The notes: generated from the sequence alone by a model not told the origin. A stretch of 64,000 nt of DNA from Chara braunii (GCA_003427395.1 BFEA01000039.1:68294-132293), one strand, 5' to 3'; counted from the first letter of the stretch, positions 1 to 12,070 are shown. Program-made: numbers and translations.

Positions 1-265
1 CCGGTACTTATGCCGGCTCCCCGTACGGTACGAGGAGGAGGCTCGACCAGTTCTCTGCTGCTGTACTCGTACTCAGTGTGACTTGCCGTTTCGGCATTCG
101 GAATCCCAGACTTCGACTTTGTGCCTTGCCACTGTGTCTGCGTCCGACCCTCAGTCCGAGTCCGTCGTGTCGAGTGAGTGAGTGTGTGTGTGTGCTCTCA
201 CTCTCTCCCTCTCTCTCCCTCTCTCTCATCTCCCTCGGCTCACCCTCAGCCTCACGCTCGTTACA
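1..265 (+). mobile_element. 3' end (U5-like) of an LTR inserted into the L1 ORF2 fragment
   Basis: GT/CT microsatellite-rich tract ending ...CTCGTTACA exactly where L1 ORF2 homology stops (FFKNAF|). Only one end is in the window, so the TSD cannot be checked. Confidence 0.5.
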
Positions 266-1206
266 AAGGCATTCTTAAAGAACATTGAGACTGTGTCCCC
301 TATTGTGTGCCAGTTATCTTGCCAGAATTCTTTTGGTAGACCATCTCTGCCGGGTGTTTTGTTTGGTTGCATGCTCCTTAGGGCTTCGAAGAGCTCGTCC
401 TTGGTGATTTCTTTTTCCAGGTAGTCTATTGCTTCTTGTTTGAGGCTTTTGTCTAGATGTTTCAAAAATTTCTCTCTTGCTTTCCGCACGTTGCCGGGAT
501 TTTCCAAAAAGGTTTTGGAGGTGTAGAGATTTTGGTAGAATTCTAAGGCTACTTTTAGTATTCCTTTCTGGGAGGTCTGCAGGTTGCCTGATGAATCTTT
601 CAAGGCTAATATTTTGCTGTTTCTGTGGTTAGCTTTAATCCTTTGGAAGAAGAATTTTTTCATAGCCTCGTTACTTTCCCAATCTCTGACTCTGGCCCTT
701 ATGGCAAGTCCTCGCCTTCTCCACTCCGCCCAATGCCTCAATTCAGATCTTGCCTCCTCTAATAATTGTTCGTACAGGGGTGCTCCTGGATTGGCAATTA
801 GGTTGAATTTTGCGATCTCTACCATGGCTTCCAGTGTTTCCTGTCTTGCTTTCCTATTTTTGGCTTCTCTTCTTGAGAAGGAGCTTGCCCAATCACTTAC
901 CATACTGATAGCTGAAGGGAAGTCCCTTGAGATCTCTCCTTCCATCAGCTTTTCTGCTAGTTGCCCCCACTTGTCTTTGAATTCTTGTTTAAAGGAGTCT
1001 AATTTAAGGAGTGAAGTATTTAACTTAAAGAAGCTTTTCCCAGGGGTATTATCTACCGAAAAAGACAGGTTCAAGACAATTGGGTTGTGATCTATACCTA
1101 CGTAATGTGGTAACCTTCCTATAGAGCTATCTAGGATTGCCCCTTATAGGGATTCTGAGACGAGAAAAAAGTCTATTCTGGAGAATGAGGTTCTTCCCTG
1201 AGTTGA
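266..1206 (-). pseudogene. Host L1/Tx1 ORF2 fragment (end of APE endonuclease, linker, start of RT)
   Basis: Translates STQGRTSFSRIDFF...*...IDHNPIVLNLSF...FKLNTSLL...KTPGRDGLPKEFW, i.e. the APE C-terminal SRID/DH motifs and pre-RT motif; one in-frame stop. Confidence 0.9.
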
Positions 1207-1240
1207 TTTTTTTTATTTTTTTATTTTTTTATTTTTTTTT

Positions 1241-1356
1241 GAAGAAACTTCGAGAAGTCCTCGAGACCGTAAGCGGCATCCATGTCAATGCATACACATG
1301 TCTCGTCTTGAAGAAACTTCGAGAAGTCCTGGAGATCGCAAGCGGCATCCATGTCA
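1241..1356. repeat. 47-bp direct repeat with 69-bp period next to the poly(A) tail
   Basis: GAAGAAACTTCGAGAAGTCCT.GAGA.CG.AAGCGGCATCCATGTCA at 1241 and 1310. Confidence 0.9.
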
Positions 1357-1917
1357 CCTTCACTCAAGGCAGTCCTGGCATCCATAAGCCACAGAGAGTC
1401 GTTGGCGTGACATCAATCCGCAGGCATCAGCCCTTGGGTGCTTCGGACATTGAACAATCTTGAGGAAATAAAATAAAGGCTGAGAAAGTGAATAGCAGTT
1501 GGGGACATCTCTTCTCTAGAGAAGATTTTTTTTTCTGAGAGCAAAGGCAAGGTGCAACCGAAACTGGACACAGAGAGAGACCACCATACCTGCTCTACTT
1601 CCAGGACTGGACCGGGCGACCCCAGTGCACTGCACGCCATATCGCAAAACAGACCTGCACCACCAACTAGCCTGACATAATGTTTCAGCATTTGCTCTCC
1701 CCGCCTTAAAGCCTTGCTTCCTGATTGGAGTAATCGGACCTAGAGCACGGACCTAGAGCAAGGCCTCACTGATAANTGGTAGGACTTTATTAATAGGACT
1801 ACCATATACTGAAGGCAGGCAAGGTGCCAGCCCAGAGAGTGCATCTTGCACTGGCCAGTCGCTCCTAGCATCTTGTCTATCNGCTGAATTTTCACCTGTT
1901 TGCTCTGCAAAGTGGAG

Positions 1918-2051
1918 CCATCATGCTCTCAGTGAAACTGTGAAAAAGATTAACCATCATGCTCTCAGTAAAACTGTGAAAAAGATTAACCATCATGCTC
2001 TCAGTAAAACTGTGAAAAAGATTATCCATCATGCTCTCAGTAAAACTGTGA
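1918..2051. repeat. 36-bp minisatellite, ~3.7 copies
   Basis: CCATCATGCTCTCAGTAAAACTGTGAAAAAGATTAA repeated head-to-tail without spacers. Confidence 0.95.
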
Positions 2052-2607
2052 CATAGATGAAGTTCGACAAACTACCACGAGTGGCATGTCAACAGATTCA
2101 TGTCGGCGGAATCAGCGAGTGCAAAGTGGACATATGGACATTACAGAGTGTGATCTCGACACGCAACGTCAACAAAAGGAAAAGCTACAAAGCAAGTGGA
2201 GGAGGGTGGAGGGTGAGGGGGGTTAATGATGACAGGGCCAAGGGTGGGGGGGGGGGGGAGGGAAGAGCAACAACTTCACAGCCCTCCGACAGAAGTCTGT
2301 GGGCTTGAAGAACTCAGACAGAAGACGCTGACCATGGATCTAAGAAAGAAAAGGAAGGGGGGGGAAAGGGAAATCTGACTGCATAACCTCACACGTACAA
2401 AAAAAAAAGGTGTCAGAATGTGGGATGAAGATGGAAAGTGGTCCCCTCATCACTACCCCCAGGGCAATAAGCTAATAACTGGAAATGGTGCAATCCAATC
2501 AATGCTGAAAGGGTGGCAGCATGAAGGTTACTTGAGATCAGCTACTGCTGAGTTTTCCACTCCGAGGCAGTGCCGGACAGAAGTACATTCCGCCTTCCTG
2601 TGTCGCT

Positions 2608-3282
2608 TCACCAGTAGTTCAACGCACCCTCATCAGCACCCTCGGCTTTCACCACTTCAGCGCTACATCCCGAGATGGACTTCGCTTCATCAGAGCGTAA
2701 GTGAACAAACTTTTGCATTGCCTGATAGAAAGGATCCCTCAATGTGTAGCAAGGATCGATCACATGCGACGACCTCCTTGTCGCAAACGGTGGTAAGCAC
2801 GATTCATCCATTACCTTCAACAATTCATCATGACCATTTCCATGCAACACTTTCACTTTGTGCCTTGTGCGTTCCTGCAAAAGGTTTTTCACCACCTTCC
2901 AGCATGTCGAGAAGACATACGGCGTATTAACAATGTAGTATGTGTCTGTCTTCTCTGGATAGTTCAGATCATCAATTGATGCGATGGCCGTAACAATCTT
3001 CAGCTTTGATAGGGCTGACATCTTTAGTCCCGGCGTATCGAGAACTTTTATGCACGAAACGATGGGTCTACCCATCCTCGCCGAGGCTTCAGGCAGAATG
3101 ACCCTGTCTCCATACTCGTTCAACTGAATGTGTGCAGCCACGTGCTCCTCCACCGTTGCCCCCACAAAGTCCGAGAGACCAAGAGCATAAGCAAATATAG
3201 GTCTTCTCTTGTTGCAGTATCCTCTGAAAGCGATGAGGCTACCATGGCGAACCCTCTTCAGAACATCCTCCGTCAGGTCCCA
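2608..3282 (-). pseudogene. Intronless (processed) copy of the C-terminal part of a plant SEC14/CRAL-TRIO lipid-transfer protein
   Basis: Open frame HIQLNEYGDRVILPEASARMGRPIVSCIKVLDTPGLKMSALSKLKIVTAIASIDDLNYPEKTDTYYIVNTPYVFSTCWKVVKNLLQERTRHKVKVL matches the plant SEC14 CRAL-TRIO motif series. The N-terminus is replaced by L1 3' UTR. Confidence 0.9.
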
Positions 3283-3604
3283 GCTTCCTTCCGTCTGGCC
3301 GAAGGAACCCTGACCAGCATTGATTGCTCCTTCTTGGGAGGATTGACTGTCAGCTTGCCCTACTCTCGTTTTCCTCTCAGAAGCCCTGTTGCTTCTGTCG
3401 AATAGTCGATAAAGCACAAGAAACTGGGAGAGATGTCTGTCCGTCTGAGACTAGCGCCCCATTTTGTCCTCCTCGGGATTGACTTCCTTGTCGTTGTTGG
3501 ATTGGGCCCCTTCTTCCAAACTGACCCCTCGACTGTCTTGCTTGTCACCCTGCTTTTGTAATGTTCCTCCTTCATGGATCCATCGGAGTTCCGTGTCTCT
3601 GAGG

Positions 3605-6600
3605 CTACGCCTGCTGCCACCTCTTCCATATCAACCTGTTGTCCGCTAAGGTGGCGATCTTGCCCTTTAACAGCCAGTTCCTCAGGAATGTTCTTCTTTC
3701 GATCGCGTGCCTTTCTGGTCTGTGCGTCCTAGGTGAGGATATTTTCCGCCACCTGGCCTGAATTTCGGTCTCCACCATGCTTATCAGAAGAGTCCACATT
3801 TCCTCCCTTGACACCTCTGCTCCTTCGATTGTCCGTGTGCATCTGCGTTTCCAGATGACCCAGAGGGCTAGTTTTCTGAGTAGATTGAACCAGACTTCCT
3901 TGCTGCCACTGAGATTCCTGGGAGTGTTAGATAGGAGTAGGATTGTTAGAGGGGGGGTGTTTGGGGGTGGAGATGAAAAGAGGGTGGACCAAAGGTGCCA
4001 AACTTTGTTCCAGATCCAATTTGCTTCAAGACAGTAGAGGAGGCAGTGAGGGATGTCTTCTGCTGTGTTGTTGTTGCACAAGACGCAGAGTTCTGAGCTT
4101 TCTGGGTCTGAGTGTTTCCTTCTTTTCTGGAGCCATTGGCTGACCGGGAGGGCTGCGTGTGCTATGAGCCATTGCATGCTGCGGATTCTGACTGGCCTAA
4201 TAAGGAGGTATCTGTTCCAGGGAATGGTGAACGGGGTCGAGGGGTCTAGATTCAGGATGTTTTGCCACTTCTCTTTTAGCCCAGGGTTCGGGTCCGTAGT
4301 CTGCAACCCGAGGTCGTAGCCGAATTTCACGTCGTATTCGGAAATTGTTCTTGATTTCCTTCCGGCGCCTTGATTCCATCTCCATTCTTTAGGATCGAAT
4401 TCCAAGTCCTCAATGCTGAGTTCTGGCTGGAATATGACCCATGGTCGGTTCTGGGGGACTCTGACCTTTCTAAGAAGGAAGGTTTCTAGTTTCTCTGCTT
4501 GAGGGGCCTCGTTCTGGATTTCCAGTTCCTGTAGACTGTGTTTTGAGATGGGGTAAGATAAGAAACTGGCTCGGTAGCTGGGGGAGTCTGATCTAGAGAT
4601 AAAGCGATAGGCTCTCTCGGGCGGCGTCTGGGAGACTAGTAGGCCCCATTCTCCTGATTTCCACGTCAATTTTTCTCTTAGGAGAGATATCCATTGAGTG
4701 GGGATGCTCTGATGTATCGCTGCTAGATTAGCTTCCAACGAGTGGCATCCCCTAAGGGAGGTTCGGAGCTCTTGGCACGTCATCCAGTCTCCTCGATCTG
4801 CAGACCATAAATGCTTGATCTGCCATACTCCTCTCTCCACCCAGGTCAGCCACTTATGGTCTTTCGCACGGAGGGTCCAAGGATTACCTTCTGCATCTTT
4901 TATCCACGGGTTGCTGAAGAGAGGTTGTCTGAGGACTTCCTCTTTGTTGTTCGGCGCACCAAATTTGTTGGGCATCAGTCGACGCCACGCTTTCAGGGTC
5001 GGCATCCAGTAGGGGTTGGGTGAGGGGGTAGGCTGGCTGGTCTGCTGTTGCTGTACTCTCCTTGCTGTCCTCACTGTTTTGATTGACCACTCTTTGGCCA
5101 TGATCCAGAAGAAGCCCTGCATGTTGGGGGGAGATTTAACTGGTGCCAGGTTTCTTATGTTGTCTAGGGCCATTTTCGTCCAGGGGAGAAATTGTTTCGT
5201 TAGGATCTTGATAATCCATTTCATCTGGAGGGCGATTGCTTCCTGTTTTGGGTCTATAATGCCCAGGCCTCCTTCTTGCGGTTTTCTAGTGACTATTTGC
5301 CATGCGACCTTGTTTATGCACGTGGTCCTGTTAGGGTCCCCTGTCCACAAGAAGCACCTGACCCTGGTCTTCAGAGTCTTGAGGTCGTCGTCAGGGGGGG
5401 ACCAAATGGAAGCCAAATACCAAAGGGTAGAGAATATTGTCGTGTTTATGATTAGTGCTCTTCCGAACAGGGATGCTTGGGCTTTCTTACACGGGGCGAG
5501 GCGAGCTATTGCCTTTGCTATTAAACTTTGTCCCATCCCCGGCCATGTACCGACCTTGTTGACCATGATACCCAAGTACCGGAGTGCCTGGTCGCCCGTG
5601 GACCATGACATGGGAGTGGATGGGTCCGGAGGTTGAGGGGGGGTGCCCTCTGCTAACCACCAGCCTTCAGTTTTAAGCCAGTTCACCTTCATTTCTGATG
5701 CGAGCCGAAAGGCCTCCATGGCTCTAACGAGGGCCTGAAAGGAGGAGTTATTCGCCCTGATGAGGACCGTGAGGTTGTCCGCGAACACCAGCGCAGCGGG
5801 GAGAGAAAAGTCATGTAGGGGGTTGTATTTCTGTTCCGTGAGGCGATCTATCGAGGGGTCCTTACGAAGGAACGAAGCTATGTCTTCCATGATGAACAGG
5901 AAAATAGGGGGGGCGAGTGGGTCACCCTCGCGTACGGACCTCGATATCAGATAGGAGTCGGATAGTATTCTGTAAATCTGGACTCTTCCGGTGGCGTTGC
6001 CATAAAGAATTTTGACCCATTCCCTGAAATTCGGACCAACTCCCATCTTCTCCATGCAGTTATGGAGGAAATCCCAATTAACTTGATCGTAGGCTTTTTC
6101 GAAATCGAAGAACAAGATCGTAGCCTGCATTCGTTTTTCGGTGATCTTCTTTGCTGCTTCATTCAGGGTCATCACGTTGTCTAAGATGTATCTCCCCGGA
6201 ATGAAACCTGCTTGGTCGATATGAAAGCATTTATCAGTCAGTTTTATTATCCTGTTGGCTAATGCTTTCGCCAAGATTTTATAAGGAGTTGTGAGTAACG
6301 AGATCGGTCTGTAATTCCTTAGATCCTCTCTGTCCCCTTTCTTGTGGATTAGGGAGACCACGCTGGTACTAAGGAATTGGCCCAACCCTCCCTTCGTCTT
6401 GCTGTCATTGATAAAATTAAGGAGGTCGCTCCCCATTGTAGGCCAAAAATGGATCCAGAACTCCTTCGAGAGACCGTCAATCCCTGGAGCTTTGTCGTTC
6501 CCCATTTGAGTTAAAGTTGTATGTAGCTCCCTTAGGGTGATTGGTTTGTCTAGGGCTTCCGTTTGCTCCGACGTTATCGTTCTGTCCAGGTAAGACATCA

Positions 6601-7056
6601 TATGTTGGCGAGCTATTAGGTTCGTTGTGGGGGGGGGGGAGGGTGTCTTGGACTCGTAGAGGTCTGAGTAGAAGGACCTGGCTATCCTTACCATATCTGT
6701 GCCAGAAGATTTCACTTTCCCTTGGTCTGTTGGGTCCTTCAATCTCTCGATCATACTGTTTCTCGCGTTTGCTTTAATCTTGGAGAAGAAGAACTTGGAC
6801 ATAGATTCATTAAGGGTGTAGTCAGTCATCCTGGCGCGTGGTTGCAAGCCTCTTAGTTCCCACCTCCTCCATTCGTTGAGTTCCTCCTCGGCAAATCTTA
6901 GTAGGTCGTGATAGAAATCGTTCGTAGGATCTGATGTAAGATTAGCTTCAGCGACTGCTATAGCAATTTGAAGTTCCTCTTTTCTAACTTTGCGCTCAGC
7001 CGCTATGCTTCTTGATTCTGCGGATACAGTCTGGGACAAGTCCGTGTAGCTGTCTA
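3605..7056 (-). pseudogene. 5'-truncated L1/Tx1 ORF2 (reverse transcriptase and C-terminal CCHC), open but catalytically mutated
   Basis: 1144-aa ORF with KAPGIDG, NYRPISLL, QAGFIPGR, FFDFEKAYD, REGDPLAP, FADN (catalytic DD changed to DN), RYLG and CVLC...H...C. The endonuclease domain is absent. Confidence 0.95.
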
Positions 7057-7625
7057 CCCTGAGTTGATTTTTTAATGCATGTATAGTCTTTTTTTCCTGG
7101 GTTAAGGATCCTGTATGGGTCTATGAGGTTATGTTCCGTTGTTATCTGGGCAAGTTTCCCTATAGCCGGATCTTGCGAGGTTTCTTCTGCCCAAGATATT
7201 CTGTCTAACTGTGGGTTCTGCGTGGTGTTCCAGTCCCCTACTATTATTGTGTGCTTATGGGGGTGAATGTGGTTCTCAATTTCCTCAAGGAATGATAGCC
7301 TTTCTGCTGAAGAGTTGGGGGCATACACATTGATTATTGTGCATTCCTCCCCTCTGAGTGTGATCTCTAGTTTGTTCCATCTCCCTCCTACACTGTCTGA
7401 TGTTGCCGCGTTTAACTTTATTAGCTGGGCTGTCATTGCCTTGTTGTGTACTATTGACATTACTCCTGCGGAGGACGGTGCAGGACTGTATGTGGACACT
7501 GTAGTTGCACAGGTTTTTAGTCTCCTTATGATTTCTCTCTCCGCTGCTTTATGAGCTGGTGGATGAGCAAAACGTCTGGGGGATTAGGTCCATTCCACCC
7601 TGTCACATTTAAGAAGCAATGCCAT
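7057..7625 (-). pseudogene. Host L1 ORF2 N-terminal APE endonuclease (continues at 1206)
   Basis: INVYAPN, IIVGDWN, LIDPYRILNP...YT motifs; frameshifted near the start. Confidence 0.9.
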
Positions 7626-7748
7626 TTCTCTGGTTAGATAGAATTGATGCTAAACCTCTTACGTTCCAGGATTGAATTACCAAGTCCCCCCTAGTTGCTT
7701 TCATTGGACATTGTTACATGTTTTCTTGTTATCTTGTTGTTCTATTAT

Positions 7749-8635
7749 TTACGTGGAAGAGCTGCTTTCTGCCACTTCATCCAGTGGAACGAGCAGGGCA
7801 GGTAAGTCTTTTTCTTCATGCAGGAGGACTTCTGATTTCGCCAATGTAGCTAATGCTGCTGCATTGTGTGTCATTACTGTTTCGCTGCCCAATGCTGTGA
7901 TTGGTAAGGATGCCATCCACCACCAGGGCTTCCATTCCATGTCCCCGGGCAGCTCCGCTTCCTGCTTGAGACAGACCAGCAGTGGTCTTGCATCGTAGCA
8001 TGTCTGATCCTTTTTACCAGAGTCTCCTATGTTTTCCCTCTTCCTTATCTCTCCTTCCCCTGAAACTTCCCCCGCCAGCCCGAAAAATTTTGGCTCCTTC
8101 CCTTTGTTGATCCTCTTCAGAACGTCTTCTCGGAATTACTGCTCTTGACGGCAAGAGGGTGGTTGCTTCCTTTCCTGCTCTTTCCCAGAAATTTTCCTGC
8201 TGCTTGCCCCACAGATCCGCTGCTGCTACTGTGCGAAGTGCAAGTTCCTTGTTCAGGTCAGCCAGTCTGCCGCATTGTGCATGTAGAGTCTGCGCTTGGA
8301 TGCCCAATTGTGTTATGGTTGCTGGCTCTTTGCTCTGATCTTCCTGAGCATTTTGTGTCTCTTTGTCATTTAGAGGAAAAGTCGGCTTGTACTTCGGCAG
8401 ATTTTTCCTCTTCTCCTTAGCTTTTTCTTCCTGCGTTGCATTGGTCCCGTCTATCTCCATGCTCTGGTCATCTTTGACTGCACAGTACTTCTCTGCAAAG
8501 AAGGCCGCGAGGTCGTCCTCCCTTTCCAGTGGTGCAAAAGGGTTTTCTGATAGTGGAATGAGCTGAGCCGGGGTTGTTGCTGCATCTTTCTGTCTGTTCT
8601 TCTGTTCGGGCTGTGCCTTCATAATCCTCATGACA
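7749..8635 (-). pseudogene. Host L1 ORF1 remnant, probably 5'-truncated
   Basis: Broken charged/coiled-coil ORFs (8014-8652, 7749-7940) immediately upstream of the endonuclease on the same strand; includes the SENPFAPL motif common in L1 ORF1. Confidence 0.55.
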
Positions 8636-8830
8636 CAATGCATGCCGCCCACATGCTAGCCGAATCTCAGGTGGATCATCACAAAATGGCATTGAGCAAG
8701 TGTTTTGGGTTTCCTCTGCATTGATTCCTTCTCTATGGACCGACGACGACGACCGTGGCAAGAGGGGGTCATCCAAAACAAGGGTGTCTAGCTGCTGCAG
8801 AATTTGTTCTGCAACAGTTCGTCCTGGCCG

Positions 8831-10115
8831 TGTTAGCCCTTCAGCACAGTGGCAATGACTTGCTGAGTTTTGGTTGCCTGTAGCCTCTCTTGTCGAGGCT
8901 GTACTATAGATAGGGCTAGATTCGTTATTTTTGTTTGGCTGAGGGCTAACCAAGAGACTACCTGTAGGTAAATTCGTGAGGGACATATCTGCAAATTCGG
9001 GAAAAATACAGGCCCAACTAACAGAAACTACCTACAGCTACCCTAACTGCGGATAGCGGACCCGGGCTACCCCTAGGATAGACAGGCCCTATGGGCCTAT
9101 GCTGATAGACGGTCCTATAGCCTATAGCCGGGTAGGAAGAGGCCGAAAGGCTGGAACTGAAACGGTACCGGTGAGTCCTACCAGTCCGGTCTAGGTCGAG
9201 TCTAGGCTAGGGTAGGCTATAGATAGGTGGAGCACATCGGTTCAGGGCTTTTGGCAGTTGGTACCGTGTACGTCGCTGCTGAGCAACGCGGAAACTGGAA
9301 GTGGTGACAGCTTCAGCGTTGGAGGAGACAGCCATAGCTGGGCCTGCGGAGCGTCAGCCATAGCTGGGTCTGACGTTGTACGCTGACAGCACGCGGGGTT
9401 GTGCAGAGGTCCGAGCTATTTGGAGTCTGCTGGAGGCGAGAGAGTTGGTGCCCTGCTGGACCCTCCTCAAGCGTAGGGTTACAGGGTGTATGGCACTGCA
9501 GCCATTGCTGCAGCTTCTTCCTCAGAGATCATCTTGTCAGGAAAGGTGGCGCTGTTGCAGGCTTCCACCTGGGAAGTCATCGGGCACTTCATCTTCATCA
9601 GGCACTGTGGCACTGGTCTTCTTCTTCATCCTCTGAGAGGCGCTTGGCCTCAGAGGCCTGTTTCAGGGTGGCGCTTGCCTCTAGAGGCTGTATCTGGGCG
9701 ACGCTTCATGTTTCAGGGACTCAGGGGTAGTTCTTGCGGTTACTCAGGGTTGGGGAGTGAAGCGCTGCTCATTTCTGAGCAGCGCACCATAGTTCTGGGG
9801 TTATTCTGACAATTCGGGACTCTGAGTGTAATAAACAGTGTTGATACTGGGTTCAGACTATCATCGTTTCATTGTTGTTCGGATGTGATCTAATCGGCTT
9901 TCCTTTGTGACTGGTTGTGAGGATTCTGTGGAGCGAGGTGCACTTTTAGTGTTCTCTGTCATGTCGCATGGTTAAGTCTTCCACTGTGTTCATCTCTCCC
10001 TGTGTGGTGTGATACTCCTATCATCTCCCCTTCCTTCTGTGTATGCAAGGGCATACCTGGAAGTCTATGTGTGTTAGTGTTGGTCTTCCGACAACAAACA
10101 ACCAGGTTCATAACA
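8831..10115 (+). mobile_element. Solo LTR (gypsy-type family), 5' boundary approximate
   Basis: Ends CAACCAGGTTCATAACA, near-identical to the terminus of the 13.0-21.7 kb element LTRs; collinear with the inverted copy at 39085-40426; no TSD found. Confidence 0.8.
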
Positions 10116-10692
10116 CACTGCTCTATAAGTGGCTCATGTGGTTCTCGTATTTTTGTTGGGCAAGAAAGAAGGAGATCCGATGGCATTTGCAGTAATTGTA
10201 TGCCCCACTCTGCATGTGGGCCATGCTATGAGAGGATGTGGTGCATGATGGCATCGTGGTAGTCCACGCAGTAGAGGCACATGCTTTCTATGACAGCTTC
10301 CTGGAAACATTGATGACACATGGCAAGTTGCTGACATGTCAGCAGGAAGGCAGGTTGACATTCGCAGCTATTTAAGCATGGCAGATTCAGGCCACGACGG
10401 CATATTGGGCAGGCGATTAGGGGGTGGTGGGGATGAACACAAGACAAAGAGTCACAGGTCTTGCGACAGAGGGTAGCACTGCTTGGTCATGTGCAGGTGA
10501 AGGAGGTAATTGCGCATCCGGATTGCTCTCCAGATACTGAAGCGCTTGCGGGTGCGAAGTAACATATTGTTCCTGAAGGTCAATCCAAATTGAGTGAGTA
10601 TTTGCTACTTGGTTATAGGAGTTAATGCTACTTACCGTGTGCACCCTACCTCCATTGTCCCAGAAGGCCCATGAATTGTCTGCATAGGCCAC
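10116..10692 (-). pseudogene. Degenerate Cys/His-rich RING-like coding fragments (similar piece at 8636-8830)
   Basis: HPLIACPICR, CECQPAFLLTCQQLAMCHQC and, across the LTR, CSMPFCDDPPEIRLACGRHALC; frameshifted. Confidence 0.35.
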
Positions 10693-10781
10693 AGCGCTGA
10701 AATGTCATGCTGATACAGGACATACGCGCGAATATTTGAGTTCATGTCTGGCATGTGGTTCTGGGGAGCACGCTGCAGTTG

Positions 10782-10782
<1 letters not shown>

Positions 10783-10844
<62 letters not shown>
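10783..10844. repeat. (TG)n microsatellite
   Basis: About 31 TG units. Confidence 0.99.
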
Positions 10845-10845
<1 letters not shown>

Positions 10846-11826
10846 CAGACCATTTAAAACCTGACTGTGGGGTGGGTGGGTGTTGAAAGCCCCAAAACAA
10901 CATGTTCTTGTGCAGTTTCAGTATGTTTCTAAGCAGAAACAGACAAAATAGTAAATTGCCAACCACCCTATATCTGGAAAGAAAAAAAGAAAAAAAAAGT
11001 ACACGTATGCTAATTTTCGGAGGTGAACAGGTATTCCAGAATACGTATGCTTACTCCCAGCGTGCACGAACATGGTGCCACCCAGTACAAAAACATTACT
11101 TTTCCAGAATTTCAAAACCTTCGAGGTCTTTTTTGGAGGGGGCTCGAAGTCGCTACCAATTTACTGGCTACAACGCCCAGATGTTATAAACTCGCATAAC
11201 ACTATAACGCCCCTCATGCCCAGGTGTTATTTTCAGGTGAAGAAGGTAGTATGGTGTTCAAGCAAAATAGTTTTGAGATAAATCAATTCAGCAGTCAATG
11301 CCATCTGGTGCAAATTTCTTTTGAAGCGTGTTTCCTAACTTTCCTCCCATTTCTTTTGGAGTAGGTTTGGCAGGCCTTCTGTTTGCATTCAAATACAAAG
11401 CCAAGGGCCAATTATTTTCAGAAGGTTCAAAGTTTCAACATAACACCCAAGGTTACAAGAGGAGATACAGAGGCTGGATAAAGCTGGTAGGCTTTTCAGG
11501 TATAAGTAGCAAACCACAAGTTACACTACAAAAAAAAGAAATGTAACTTGAGAAAAAACTGGAAAAGTGACAAAGAAAAACCATGATGGTAGAAATGCTG
11601 CTAGACGGTGGAAGTGCCCCATGAGATACTGGTCTGAGATTCGCAGATGATGGCAGAAATCCTGCTAGATATGAGGAGAGAATGTGGAAATGCTGATGAC
11701 ATTCTTGATCTCCACCCATGCATCGCAGCAAGAGAAGCTTCCCCTTCATTGTTCAAAACCAGCGATGGAAAGATAAAAGACACTGATAGAAGGGAACAGA
11801 TTTCTCTGAGAATACTTTTTTCTTAC

Positions 11827-12070
11827 CTCATTCTTTATCCGCCGTTCCTCCATTTCTTCAGCACGCTTGCCTTTGCAAAGGACGATTGCTGCCTCCATCT
11901 GACTCTCCAAGAACTGTTTCATCCTATCAGCGTCAAGGATATCATCACATAGGCACTTAAGCAGTGCAAGATGGCTCTCACAATCCAACTCCCAATAATT
12001 AACACAACCCAGCTTCTGCACTGCCTGCTTCACAGGCTTACACAGCTGGTTGTAGCCCCTTATAAAATAC
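11827..12070 (-). CDS. Exon of PHD-DDT-WHIM1 chromatin protein: WHIM1 region
   Basis: CTGCAG|...GAG|GTAAGA boundaries; YWELDCESHLALLKCLCDDILDADRMKQFLE is a WHIM1-type motif; phase matches the preceding exon. Confidence 0.8.

Larger units (their letters stand above)
1207..7056 (-). mobile_element. Composite L1-SEC14 retroposed insertion with poly(A) and TSD
   Basis: CCCTGAGTTGA(TTTTTT) is duplicated at 1196-1212 and 7057-7073, with a poly(T) tract at 1207-1240 on the + strand. Removing the insert rejoins the host EN frame YTCIKKSTQG|RTSFSRIDFF. Confidence 0.85.

Noticed and set aside
1918-2051. 36-bp repeats of CRISPR-like length
   Set aside because: Directly tandem with no spacers; an ordinary minisatellite.
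6996-7499. Simple frameshift joining this endonuclease to the 3605-7039 RT ORF
   Set aside because: The TSD shows they belong to two different L1s; the endonuclease continues at 1206.
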